From: a virus
DNA length: 64,000 nt
Virus record (IMG/VR): IMGVR_UViG_3300010885_011634
Coordinates: 1 to 64,000 of that record
Reading direction: 5' to 3' (one strand)
Made by a program: the position numbers and the translations under genes. Every line of letters begins with the position of its first letter. Within the stretch, counting starts at the first letter, position 1. Below the pieces are notes generated by a model. It saw only the letters and a list, made by a program, of their open reading frames with translations. It was not told the origin of the DNA and did not search any database. Shown one piece after another: positions 47,418 to 56,332 of this stretch.

Positions 47418-48686
47418 ATGCCAAGACTCAGCTTATACCGTCCCGAAAAGGGCAATGATTACAAATTTATAGATAAGAATATCTGGGAAATGTTCCAGGT
47501 TGGCGGCACTGATGTACTTGTACACAAGTATATAGGGCCCGGATCTGCTGCTGGAGTTACTCCTTCTACACCCGGATACACTACGCCGGGCGAAACACAG
47601 ATACAAGATCTATTATTCCTAGAAAATCGTGATCGCAAATACGACCCAGACGTATATGTTATGCGTGGTGTTTATAACATTTCAGACATCGATTTTAACT
47701 TATCACAATTTGGACTGTTTCTACAAAACGATACAATCTTTATTAGTTTCCATATAAACGATACTGTAGAAAAATTAGGTCGTAAAATCATGGCAGGCGA
47801 TGTTATTGAACTGCCGCACTTAAAAGACGATCATGCGTTAAACGATTTACAATTTGCCCTAAAGCGTTTCTTTGTAATTGAAGAAGTTAGCCGTGCTGCT
47901 GAAGGATTTTCAGTAACATGGTACCCACACTTGTATCGTGCAAAATGTAAACCACTAGTCGACAGTCAAGAGTTCAAAGACATTTTAGATGGCGCAGCGG
48001 GTGAAGGCAGTGATCAAAGTCTGCGTGACATTATGTCAACGTATGAAAAAGAAATGCAGATTACTCAAGCGGTGCTTAACCAAGCAGAATCTGACGCTCC
48101 TCGTAGCGGATATGATACTAGTAAGTTCTATACAGTTCGTAAAGATACAGACGGTAATGCTGAATTAGTAACGGTTGACAACGATATTATTGATAGTTAT
48201 AGTGCCGACCGTACCACACAAGCAACAGATGCAGATGGCAATTTATTATTTGAAGCTGACGGAGTTACTCCAATGTATGTTGGAGTCACAGCTAGCAGTA
48301 TGCTTAAATCAGCTGACGAGAAATATTATAACGGTTATATTACCCAAGACGGGCTACCACCAAACGGTGCTCCGTTTACGGCAGGAATTGCATTTCCTGT
48401 AAATCCAACAGAAGGACAATTCTGTTTACGTAAAGATTACATGCCTAATAGATTGTTCCGCTTTAATGGAGCACGTTGGGTTAAAGTTGAGGACATTGCA
48501 CGTATGACTATGAATAATCTAGGTGCTAGCGACACAGGCACCGGTGATGTATTTGACGGCAAAGATGTACGACAAACACAGAAAACAAGTTTCATTAACA
48601 ACGAAGCTACTGCTAAGATAGACGGCCGTACAGTTCAAGAAAAACAAAGTTTATCAAAATCTCTAAGACCAAAGGCGGATGAATAA
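47418..48686 (+). CDS. neck/head-closure protein (T4 gp14-like) with C-terminal extension
   Basis: LSQFGLFLQND...GRKIMAGDVIELP pattern; divergent from gp13; start ATG 47418 after TAAATA. Confidence 0.65.
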   Translation: MPRLSLYRPEKGNDYKFIDKNIWEMFQVGGTDVLVHKYIGPGSAAGVTPSTPGYTTPGETQIQDLLFLENRDRKYDPDVYVMRGVYNISDIDFNLSQFGLFLQNDTIFISFHINDTVEKLGRKIMAGDVIELPHLKDDHALNDLQFALKRFFVIEEVSRAAEGFSVTWYPHLYRAKCKPLVDSQEFKDILDGAAGEGSDQSLRDIMSTYEKEMQITQAVLNQAESDAPRSGYDTSKFYTVRKDTDGNAELVTVDNDIIDSYSADRTTQATDADGNLLFEADGVTPMYVGVTASSMLKSADEKYYNGYITQDGLPPNGAPFTAGIAFPVNPTEGQFCLRKDYMPNRLFRFNGARWVKVEDIARMTMNNLGASDTGTGDVFDGKDVRQTQKTSFINNEATAKIDGRTVQEKQSLSKSLRPKADE

Positions 48687-48823
48687 TGGAAAACGAAAAC
48701 AAAAAAATAACATACAAATGTGTGTGCGGATGTGAAAGACATTGCGGACATAGTTGTCAAGATTGTGAAAATTGTCCTGATTGCGAATGCAAACTTTGCC
48801 AACAGGGTAAGGAATTTAACTAA
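48686..48823 (+). CDS. 45-aa cysteine-rich metallothionein-like microprotein
   Basis: MENENKKITYKCVCGCERHCGHSCQDCENCPDCECKLCQQGKEFN: 10 Cys and 2 His; TAATG overlaps at both ends; not in the ORF track. Confidence 0.7.
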   Translation: MENENKKITYKCVCGCERHCGHSCQDCENCPDCECKLCQQGKEFN

Positions 48824-50319
48824 TGGATTATTTCTATGACGGGCAGGTAAGACGATATGTAACGCAGTTTATGCGTGTGTTTATCGGCTTCAAATATAAA
48901 ACAGGTGGTGATGTTCCTGAAGAACGCCACGTACCTGTAATGTATGGCGACATGACTAGACAAGTTGCTAGTATCATTAAAGACAATTCTGAAAATAAAA
49001 TGAGCACCGTTCCTCGTGTAGCTTGTTATATTTCAGGATTAGAAATGGATATGGATAGAATGTCTGATGCTAGTTTTGTCAGCAAAGTTAATATTCGTGA
49101 AAGACGTTATACTGATGTTGACGGCGACGGGTTAGCTGACTATCAAAATGTGCAAGGCGGTAATTATACTGTTGAACGTTTAATGCCTACTCCATTTAAG
49201 TTAAGCATGAAGGCAGAAATTTGGACCAGCAATACAGATCAAAAATTACAATTATTAGAACAAATTTTAGTGTTGTTTAATCCAAGTTTAGAAATTCAAA
49301 CAACGGACAACTATATTGATTGGACTAGTTTAAGTGTAATCAATTTGTCATCAATTAATTTTAGTTCAAGAACAATTCCACAAGGTGCAGATTCTGACAT
49401 TGATATTTGCAGTATGGAATTTGACATGCCCATTTATATCAGTCCGCCTGCTAAAGTTAAACGATTAGGTGTTGTAAAAAGTATTATCAATAATGTGTTC
49501 ACTGAGCAAGGTGATATTGTAAGATTAGAAGATCTTGTGTTTAACAGAAACAAAGGTACATTTGAAGCGATTCCGTTGAGATTTAGAGTGCTGTTATTCA
49601 AATCTAGTAACGGCCAACCGTACGATTATGATCTAACATTGGTAAATCCAGATGCTGCGGTGTTGGCGCTAGGGCTTGATCAAAAATCTATTAAGACCGG
49701 TGAACCGGTTGACTGGAACAGTATATTAGATGTGCAAGGCGGATATACCGCCGATAGTCAAGCATATTTCAAACAGGCAACCGGATACGATCTAGTTGGT
49801 ACTTTTGCGGTAAATTCAGTTGATCCTAGTGTAGTAGTTGTAACATTTGATCAAGATACAATTCCTCAAAACACTTCTATTGCAAGTACCGTTAACGGTA
49901 TCGATGCTAGAGGAACGGTAGATGCAATTATAGATCCTTACAAATATAATCCAGTTACTACCTATGGAAGTCGTGCAGCAATTCCGTTAGGTATTAGATT
50001 CTTGATGCTTGATGATGTTAATAACAGTGAAAATGTTGGTCAATCGTACGGAGTTTCTCCGTTTACAAATAATTATGATGGCCCAGATGCTTGGAAAAAT
50101 AGCGACGGAAACGATCCTGTAATTAAAGCAAATAGTATTATTGAATGGAATGGTAGCGCCTGGGTAACTATTTGGAATCCTGCTACAGGTGCTAATCCTA
50201 CATATCTACAAAATCTACGCACCGGCATCAAATATCGTTGGGACGGTGATCAATGGCTTAAAGCGTTTGAAGGCGAGTATGCGCCAGGATATTGGGGCTT
50301 TGTTCTAGATCCGCAATAA
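48823..50319 (+). CDS. tail terminator / sheath stabilizer (T4 gp15-like) with C-terminal extension
   Basis: YFYDGQVRRY, VPVMYG, MPTPF, QLLEQILVLFNP. Confidence 0.8.
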   Translation: MDYFYDGQVRRYVTQFMRVFIGFKYKTGGDVPEERHVPVMYGDMTRQVASIIKDNSENKMSTVPRVACYISGLEMDMDRMSDASFVSKVNIRERRYTDVDGDGLADYQNVQGGNYTVERLMPTPFKLSMKAEIWTSNTDQKLQLLEQILVLFNPSLEIQTTDNYIDWTSLSVINLSSINFSSRTIPQGADSDIDICSMEFDMPIYISPPAKVKRLGVVKSIINNVFTEQGDIVRLEDLVFNRNKGTFEAIPLRFRVLLFKSSNGQPYDYDLTLVNPDAAVLALGLDQKSIKTGEPVDWNSILDVQGGYTADSQAYFKQATGYDLVGTFAVNSVDPSVVVVTFDQDTIPQNTSIASTVNGIDARGTVDAIIDPYKYNPVTTYGSRAAIPLGIRFLMLDDVNNSENVGQSYGVSPFTNNYDGPDAWKNSDGNDPVIKANSIIEWNGSAWVTIWNPATGANPTYLQNLRTGIKYRWDGDQWLKAFEGEYAPGYWGFVLDPQ

Positions 50320-50326
50320 GTACGTG

Positions 50327-50713
50327 ATGCAACAACGTGCCGGATTACTTTTTTTAGCAAAAACCACAGGTCGAACATTATTGATTCTTGAAGATCAAAA
50401 GTGGACCGTACCAACCTTTACTAGAAAATCCACGCTATTAGAAGATGCAGATAGTTTATTAGAAAGTTATTCTAAAGGCAAAATAGTTCCAATAGAATTG
50501 TATCTATCAGAAGATAAAGGATTTGAATACGGCACATATATTTGTTTAGTTAATGAGGAATTTTTAACTATCGCCGCATCAACGATTAGCTGGTCTAGTT
50601 TAGATAATTTGCCAAAACAATTACACAACGGGCTTAAGGCTACATTAAATAATCAAATTATAAGAACTAAAATTGATACTATTATGGAGTTAGAAATTGT
50701 TACAAGCAATTAG
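50327..50713 (+). CDS. degenerate NUDIX-fold protein
   Basis: AGLLFLAKTTGRTLLI...W...LPKQLH framework but no REUXEEXG Nudix box; TAAGTA 4 nt before ATG 50327. Confidence 0.5.
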   Translation: MQQRAGLLFLAKTTGRTLLILEDQKWTVPTFTRKSTLLEDADSLLESYSKGKIVPIELYLSEDKGFEYGTYICLVNEEFLTIAASTISWSSLDNLPKQLHNGLKATLNNQIIRTKIDTIMELEIVTSN

Positions 50714-50978
50714 AAAATCTAGTCGATTTCTTGAAGATTATAACAAATACCAAGAAGCTATTTCTAAAATTCCGGATGGCGCTTTCAAGGAAGAAGCTAA
50801 AACTTTATTGAATCGCCTATCTGCTGAAGTTAAAAAATTAGATGAGATGCATAATGAGATGGTGTTCTCAAAGCAGTTGCCTACTATTGGCCATGAGATG
50901 CGCGAACAAATAGTAACTCTTAGAAAACAATTAGAAATTAAACTTAAAGATTTTCAAGAAACAAAAAAATCTACTTAG
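50697..50978 (+). CDS. hypothetical coiled-coil protein
   Basis: 93-aa helical ORF with TTG start, overlapping the previous gene. Confidence 0.6.
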   Translation: MLQAIRKSSRFLEDYNKYQEAISKIPDGAFKEEAKTLLNRLSAEVKKLDEMHNEMVFSKQLPTIGHEMREQIVTLRKQLEIKLKDFQETKKST

Positions 50979-52075
50979 ATTACTGAGAAAGATTTTACAA
51001 AAATTGCACCAACCATCGCAATTCTTCCAGAGCACTGATATCGATAAGTTCCAGAAATACCATCTGGAATTTTCCAATATAGTGTTCCTGAATCTTTTCC
51101 TTGGGCACTTGATCCTGTTGATACAACTCCTGTAGTGCTAACATGAACCAATCCAACGCTGTATTCTAATGCTGTTGCGTCTTGAATCAACATAGATAGA
51201 CCGGGTGTTTGGAGATTAAAGGCAATAGTAGTGCCAGTCAATACAAATAATGATGGGTTATTACCAGTATATTGATCAAAGCGGTAAGCAGTAACTCCAA
51301 TATTAGTTACATTTAATCTAGTAATAGCCTGCAGATAAATTTGATCTATTGTTAAATTTGCAGTAACTATATCGGATAACCCATTAAATGTAGTTGCCGT
51401 ACCAGAATTTGTAATAGTAATTGTATCAGTGCTAGCATCTCCCGAAATGCTAATGCCAGTACCGGCCACTAACGTAAGAGTATCAGTTGTCGAGTCTGCT
51501 ACTAAATTGCTGCCACCTGCTACTGAAACAGTTGCAAAACTATTTGTAGATGCTCCAACTGCCGCTGAAATTGTAATAACATCGGTTGTTGCGTCAGTTG
51601 TAATTAATATATTAGAACCTGCTACTAGTGTAACAGTATCATTTCCGGAATCTGCGCTAACTGTTGATTGCCCTGCAACGGCAATGTTTGAAAAATTTGA
51701 TTGTGTGTTAGTAATAACAATCTCGCCATCTGCGGTGCTTGAGGTTGCAATACCGCTGCCACCGGAAAATTGAATACTATTTCCTGTAGTTATTGGTCTA
51801 GCTGTAGAATCGTCAGCAACAATAGTTAGGTCAAATCCTCCGCCAGTACTACTTGCTACTCCGGCTGCCGCCGCCTTTGCACGAAAAGTAGAATTTTCAA
51901 CGTTAGTTAAATCGTTCTTAGCTAAACTATATCCACCAAGCTGTGCTCCATCAAAAACACGAAGAGTTTTTAAGGTTTGATCGTAAAAAATTTCACCACG
52001 AGATCCTAATTTTCTATCTAAGAATTCTTGATCTCTAGGGAAAACACGCAGATTATTAATAATTGAGTTCTTCAT
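50975..52075 (-). CDS. tail fibre-like virion protein
   Basis: GEIFYD...LRVFDG...GG N-terminal fibre motif; repeated ADSxxDTxTLVAGxxIxIxxDAxTDxITI units; TAAATA 5 nt before ATG 52075. Confidence 0.7.
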   Translation of the reverse strand: MKNSIINNLRVFPRDQEFLDRKLGSRGEIFYDQTLKTLRVFDGAQLGGYSLAKNDLTNVENSTFRAKAAAAGVASSTGGGFDLTIVADDSTARPITTGNSIQFSGGSGIATSSTADGEIVITNTQSNFSNIAVAGQSTVSADSGNDTVTLVAGSNILITTDATTDVITISAAVGASTNSFATVSVAGGSNLVADSTTDTLTLVAGTGISISGDASTDTITITNSGTATTFNGLSDIVTANLTIDQIYLQAITRLNVTNIGVTAYRFDQYTGNNPSLFVLTGTTIAFNLQTPGLSMLIQDATALEYSVGLVHVSTTGVVSTGSSAQGKDSGTLYWKIPDGISGTYRYQCSGRIAMVGAIFVKSFSVI

Positions 52076-52157
52076 GTTAATATTTATGCTCAATTTTCAT
52101 TAACAGTGGATAGCCATTGAACTAAGTAAACAATGTACTTACTATGCGATGTGACCT

Positions 52158-52733
52158 ATGAAAATAGCTACTAATGCTATCCCGTTAAAATATCAAGAAT
52201 CTATCTTGGCCGCAGTTACAGATAGGAAATTCCCATGGTTTCCGGTACATGAACAATACAGCAATAATACACGTATGACTTTTAGTCATTTGATTATTAA
52301 TGACGGACCTGATCAGGCGCCTGGATCTACTGCATCCGGATACTATAACCTGTTTCTTCCTATTGTATATTCAATGGCAGATCTTATAGGAAAGCCTATA
52401 AAAAAAGTTCTTAGAATTCGAGTTGGGTTAATTTTACCTACACCGTGGTTGCCTGCAATTAACGACACTATTATATACGAACAATCAGGTGATGATGCAC
52501 ATCAGGATTTTTTCTTACCACACCATACAGGATTATATTATATTAATTCAAGCGATGGAGATACTGTCATATACAATGAAAAATCTCAAGCAGATACCTA
52601 TACAGAGTTATCTAAAATTTCACCAGAGCAAGGAAAAATTTGTGTATTTGATGGAGAGCACTTTCATGCTGCTGGTACTCCTAGCTGTTCTCCTTATCGA
52701 TTAGTTGCTACTTTTAATTTTACCACATTATGA
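52158..52733 (+). CDS. 2OG-Fe(II) oxygenase
   Basis: HQD, LYYINSSDGDT, FDGEHFHA, R...FNF. Confidence 0.78.
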   Translation: MKIATNAIPLKYQESILAAVTDRKFPWFPVHEQYSNNTRMTFSHLIINDGPDQAPGSTASGYYNLFLPIVYSMADLIGKPIKKVLRIRVGLILPTPWLPAINDTIIYEQSGDDAHQDFFLPHHTGLYYINSSDGDTVIYNEKSQADTYTELSKISPEQGKICVFDGEHFHAAGTPSCSPYRLVATFNFTTL

Positions 52734-53470
52734 GTATTTTTAATTTTTTCAAAAAACCAAAGCCCTTAAAGACTGTAGTTTGGTCAGTTGTTCCAGGTCT
52801 TGAAGAAATAGTTCCTCCCACTCCAATGAAGGATAACATCCCTAGCTGGTTCAAAAACATGCCCAAAGATATTGCTCCGCTGGCAATGCTACATCCAGGA
52901 ACAGCTAAACGTTGCCCTTCGTTTGTAGACTATTTTAGTCAAGGATTTGTTGTTAAAATGTGGTGCGATCTAGCCGTTACTATTAATGAAGATAGATCGT
53001 ATAACGTTTATACTCCTGAAGATTGTTTTAGATTTGAAAATCACGGCGACGAACAATTTTTAGATTATATTCCTAATCGAAAAGAACTAAACATTAGTAT
53101 GGTGCTTAAGGCGTTTTGTCCGTGGAGAGTACTTACACCGCCGGGCTATTCATTAATGCAACTACCGTTAATTTACAACTTTAATAAAGATTTTACAGTA
53201 TTTCCAGGATTAATCTGGACTGACGTTCATCATGAAATTAATCAGCAAATTGCATTTCACGGTTATGGTGATTTTTTTATTCCTAGAGGAACTCCTTTGG
53301 CTGCGTACATTCCATTCAAACGAGAAAGACATGATTTAGAAGTATCTAAGAACACTGAAGAACTCTCGTATCGTGATAGGATTGCATACTATTGGTGGGC
53401 GGGAAAATTTAAGAACGGGTATAGAGAGCATCAAATAGAACTCAAAAAAGGAGAAAGAAATGACAGTTGA
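52730..53470 (+). CDS. phage hypothetical protein (DUF6065-like, possible dUTPase-like beta fold)
   Basis: TAKRCP, PWRVLTPPGYS, PGLIWTD, IPRGTPLAAYIPFKRE. Confidence 0.5.
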   Translation: MSIFNFFKKPKPLKTVVWSVVPGLEEIVPPTPMKDNIPSWFKNMPKDIAPLAMLHPGTAKRCPSFVDYFSQGFVVKMWCDLAVTINEDRSYNVYTPEDCFRFENHGDEQFLDYIPNRKELNISMVLKAFCPWRVLTPPGYSLMQLPLIYNFNKDFTVFPGLIWTDVHHEINQQIAFHGYGDFFIPRGTPLAAYIPFKRERHDLEVSKNTEELSYRDRIAYYWWAGKFKNGYREHQIELKKGERNDS

Positions 53471-53699
53471 TGAATTAGTAGCAGGCAAGAATTATTTTTG
53501 TGATTATTTTGTAAATGTTGATCCAGAACAAGTTCCATCATTAGCAGGACAAAATATTCCTATGGCTAGAATGAACGGTAAAGCACAAATAATGCAACGC
53601 GATGTGGAGTCAAAACTGTGTATCATTGTCGATTTAATGTCACATCAAGAATATGTTGTGCCGTTTGAAAACATTTCACAGATTCAAGAAGTAGCATAA
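53460..53699 (+). CDS. hypothetical protein
   Basis: AGGAG RBS; 79 aa. Confidence 0.65.
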   Translation: MTVDELVAGKNYFCDYFVNVDPEQVPSLAGQNIPMARMNGKAQIMQRDVESKLCIIVDLMSHQEYVVPFENISQIQEVA

Positions 53700-53708
53700 T
53701 AGTTACAA

Positions 53709-54299
53709 ATGATTAACGATATTATTGTTTTAGATGATGTTATTCCTAAAGCATATCAAGATGCTATTGAAAAACGTGTAATGACGGAAAATTTCCCTTG
53801 GTGGTATCAATCTGATAGTTCATATACGGACAAAATTGATGCTAAAAGATTTCCAAGTTTTAATCATTTGTTATCTAAAAATGGTGTTGAATATAATCAA
53901 TCTACTTCATTCTTTTTACCGATTGCATATCATGCCTGTGAAAAGATCAATTTCAAAATTAATGATTTTATCTACATTAAAAGCTGCCTACAAATGCCTA
54001 TAATTATGGATACCAGCGACCGAAGTAACAATGTACATATCGATAGTCAAATTCCTCATTTAGTTGTACTTTACTACGTAACCGACAGTGATGGTGATAC
54101 TATAATATATGATAGGATGTATGATAAATCAACGGAAAACTGGATAGATATTACTCGCTTAGAACACAACAAACTACCCGTTAAGCAAACGGTAACACCT
54201 AAAAAGGGAAGAGTAGTGCTATTTGACGGGCGATATTTGCATAATAGTTCAACTCCGTTACACGGCCCTAGATGTATCCTTAATTTTGATGTTGTATAA
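53709..54299 (+). CDS. 2OG-Fe(II) oxygenase
   Basis: HID, LYYVTDSDGDT, FDGRYLHNSS, RCILNF. Confidence 0.8.
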   Translation: MINDIIVLDDVIPKAYQDAIEKRVMTENFPWWYQSDSSYTDKIDAKRFPSFNHLLSKNGVEYNQSTSFFLPIAYHACEKINFKINDFIYIKSCLQMPIIMDTSDRSNNVHIDSQIPHLVVLYYVTDSDGDTIIYDRMYDKSTENWIDITRLEHNKLPVKQTVTPKKGRVVLFDGRYLHNSSTPLHGPRCILNFDVV

Positions 54300-54334
54300 A
54301 TATAGTATATTATTTGATACAAGGAGTATTAACA

Positions 54335-54505
54335 ATGTGGACTGTAGAAGGTAAAACGTTTGATCGCTACTATAAGGCATACGAGTATGCTGCTGGGTTA
54401 TCAACAGAATTACAAAGAGAAGTAGAGATTATTAAACAAGGCGAATCTAAAGGCGTTAAAATTTTTGTAGGAAGAATTGTATCAGGCTACGCTGCAGATA
54501 TTTAG
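54335..54505 (+). CDS. hypothetical protein (56 aa)
   Basis: TATAAATA at about 54295-54302, AAGGAG RBS, ATG at 54335. Confidence 0.65.
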   Translation: MWTVEGKTFDRYYKAYEYAAGLSTELQREVEIIKQGESKGVKIFVGRIVSGYAADI

Positions 54506-55146
54506 AGTCTACTAAAATCTAGCTCAGATAAATTAGGGTTAGATCCTACTTTTCCAATTATCATAGAGTTAAAAGCTAACGATTTCCTTGGGGTAGAGAA
54601 CGAATTTTTATCTACCCCATGTTTAAGATAACTAGGAAATAATAATAACGTATTTTTCCTAGGGTTAACTTTATAAAAATCCCAAGCAAAGTCATTTTCA
54701 ATAGATGCGTCACGGCAAATCTCAAATTGCGTTATTTTACTTGGTCTTAAAAAAGATAACGGTTCAAACGGAGGCTCTTGCCAATAGAAGCATCCCGATA
54801 TCAAACTGTTTGGATGCCGGTGGTATGTGTGTTGCTCGTTAACGTTTTTAATCGATACCCAACTTTGTGTCAATTCTATCTTTTCAAATCGGTATGCAAG
54901 TACTTCACGAGCATAGATTTCTAAATGTGTTATAATAAAATCTCTTAGTAGCTTACACTTAGGATTATCTAAAATATACGTATCTTCACTTACAGATCCA
55001 TATGTCTGTACATTTTCGTAGGCATTATTTGATCTCAATTTAGCAGTATCTAAAAACTCAACTGCTTCCGCTACATCTTTTTGACACAATGCAAAATATA
55101 ACGGTGTTGGAAATATTCCTATAACTTCGGTAAAATCTTCATTCAT
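54502..55146 (-). CDS. 2OG-Fe(II) oxygenase (TIGR02466-like)
   Basis: IFPTP, SWV, HRHPNSLISGCFY, FPSYLKHGV, RKSLAFN; start placed at ATG 55146. Confidence 0.82.
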   Translation of the reverse strand: MNEDFTEVIGIFPTPLYFALCQKDVAEAVEFLDTAKLRSNNAYENVQTYGSVSEDTYILDNPKCKLLRDFIITHLEIYAREVLAYRFEKIELTQSWVSIKNVNEQHTYHRHPNSLISGCFYWQEPPFEPLSFLRPSKITQFEICRDASIENDFAWDFYKVNPRKNTLLLFPSYLKHGVDKNSFSTPRKSLAFNSMIIGKVGSNPNLSELDFSRL

Positions 55147-55147
55147 C

Positions 55148-55768
55148 TTATTCTCCCAACAGTACGTTGCCTGCAATTGAAATACGAATATCATCAGAAT
55201 TATAAAACGGATATACACAATGTCTTAACATCGCTGGAAATATTAAAAGTTTTCCTTCATAGGTGTTATCTACTATAAACTCAGTAGGTCGAGTATTCCC
55301 TAAAATATCAGAATAGGTAATTTCAAATTTTCCAGCAAATTTATAATTTGATGTATCCTTTGGTATTTTAACCCACAGGACATAACTTAAAATTCCTTCG
55401 TGTTGGTGGTTAGGAAAAAATTCATTGGCTTTTTGTAAATTGACCCAAGGATCTTGAAAGTGTAACGGTGCTTGAGTTTTTAGGTAATTCAAACTTCGTA
55501 GATACAATGACCTATCGTAATATTCTGCAACAGCATCTGCTAAAAAGTTTTTGAATTTTTCATTATTTTCTATTAGCTTAAAGTGTGTAGGTACGCCAGT
55601 TGACGATAACCCCGTAGTATGCAATGTTGTCCAGTATTTTTCTTTATCTCGATAATTTTTTTCTATATCGATTGTTTCTAGTTTGATAGATTCAAACAGT
55701 TCAGATGGAATATCCATTAGTAATAAACTAATATTGTTTAATACTAGATCTTCTACATTATTGATCAT
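55148..55768 (-). CDS. 2OG-Fe(II) oxygenase
   Basis: WVNLQ, HQHEGILSYVLW, FPAMLRHCVYP, RISIAGN. Confidence 0.82.
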   Translation of the reverse strand: MINNVEDLVLNNISLLLMDIPSELFESIKLETIDIEKNYRDKEKYWTTLHTTGLSSTGVPTHFKLIENNEKFKNFLADAVAEYYDRSLYLRSLNYLKTQAPLHFQDPWVNLQKANEFFPNHQHEGILSYVLWVKIPKDTSNYKFAGKFEITYSDILGNTRPTEFIVDNTYEGKLLIFPAMLRHCVYPFYNSDDIRISIAGNVLLGE

Positions 55769-56327
55769 AGGTATACCACCCTGTAATAATATATTTGTTA
55801 CCTGAATATGGCGGATTACCTCGATGAGGATGTGTAAAGAAAGCTGGCCATAATACTAAAGTGCCAGTAGAAGGTTTAACTTTTAATTGCTGATACAGGT
55901 ATTCTGTTTCTCCACCATCTTCTACATCGTTAAGATATAGGGTATAAGCTAAGACTCTAGACGAGCTAGGATTGCCTGCTGATTCACAATGCCACGTGTG
56001 ATATCCCTGAGTTGGGGCGGTTCGCTGTACACACATGCCTTTTGGTGAATGCGGTGCAAGGAGTTGCAATACTTCATATTTGCTGGCGTATTTTTCATAT
56101 CCAAGATGTAACGTTTGATAGAATTGTTTAACAATATCATGATGGTAATAATGCATTTGATTATGAGGGGACCAATCATACATTACTCGGTCATCTGAAT
56201 TGCGTTCAAGACCGCGCTGAGGGATTGTTAATTTTTCAGAATGCATCCTTTCAAAAATGTCAATAACAGTTTGACAATATTCTGTATCAAATGCATTAGG
56301 ATATATTTCTATCATATTAGTTGTCAT
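55758..56327 (-). CDS. 2OG-Fe(II) oxygenase (prolyl 4-hydroxylase-like)
   Basis: WHCE, YLNDVEDGGETEY, THPHRGNPP, KYIITGW. Confidence 0.85.
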   Translation of the reverse strand: MTTNMIEIYPNAFDTEYCQTVIDIFERMHSEKLTIPQRGLERNSDDRVMYDWSPHNQMHYYHHDIVKQFYQTLHLGYEKYASKYEVLQLLAPHSPKGMCVQRTAPTQGYHTWHCESAGNPSSSRVLAYTLYLNDVEDGGETEYLYQQLKVKPSTGTLVLWPAFFTHPHRGNPPYSGNKYIITGWYTYDQ

Positions 56328-56332
56328 ATACT

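Noticed and set aside
51400-51840. Diversity-generating retroelement target or DNA tandem repeat in the fibre gene
   Set aside because: The repeats are degenerate protein-level units; no adenine-specific TR/VR pair and no reverse transcriptase in the window
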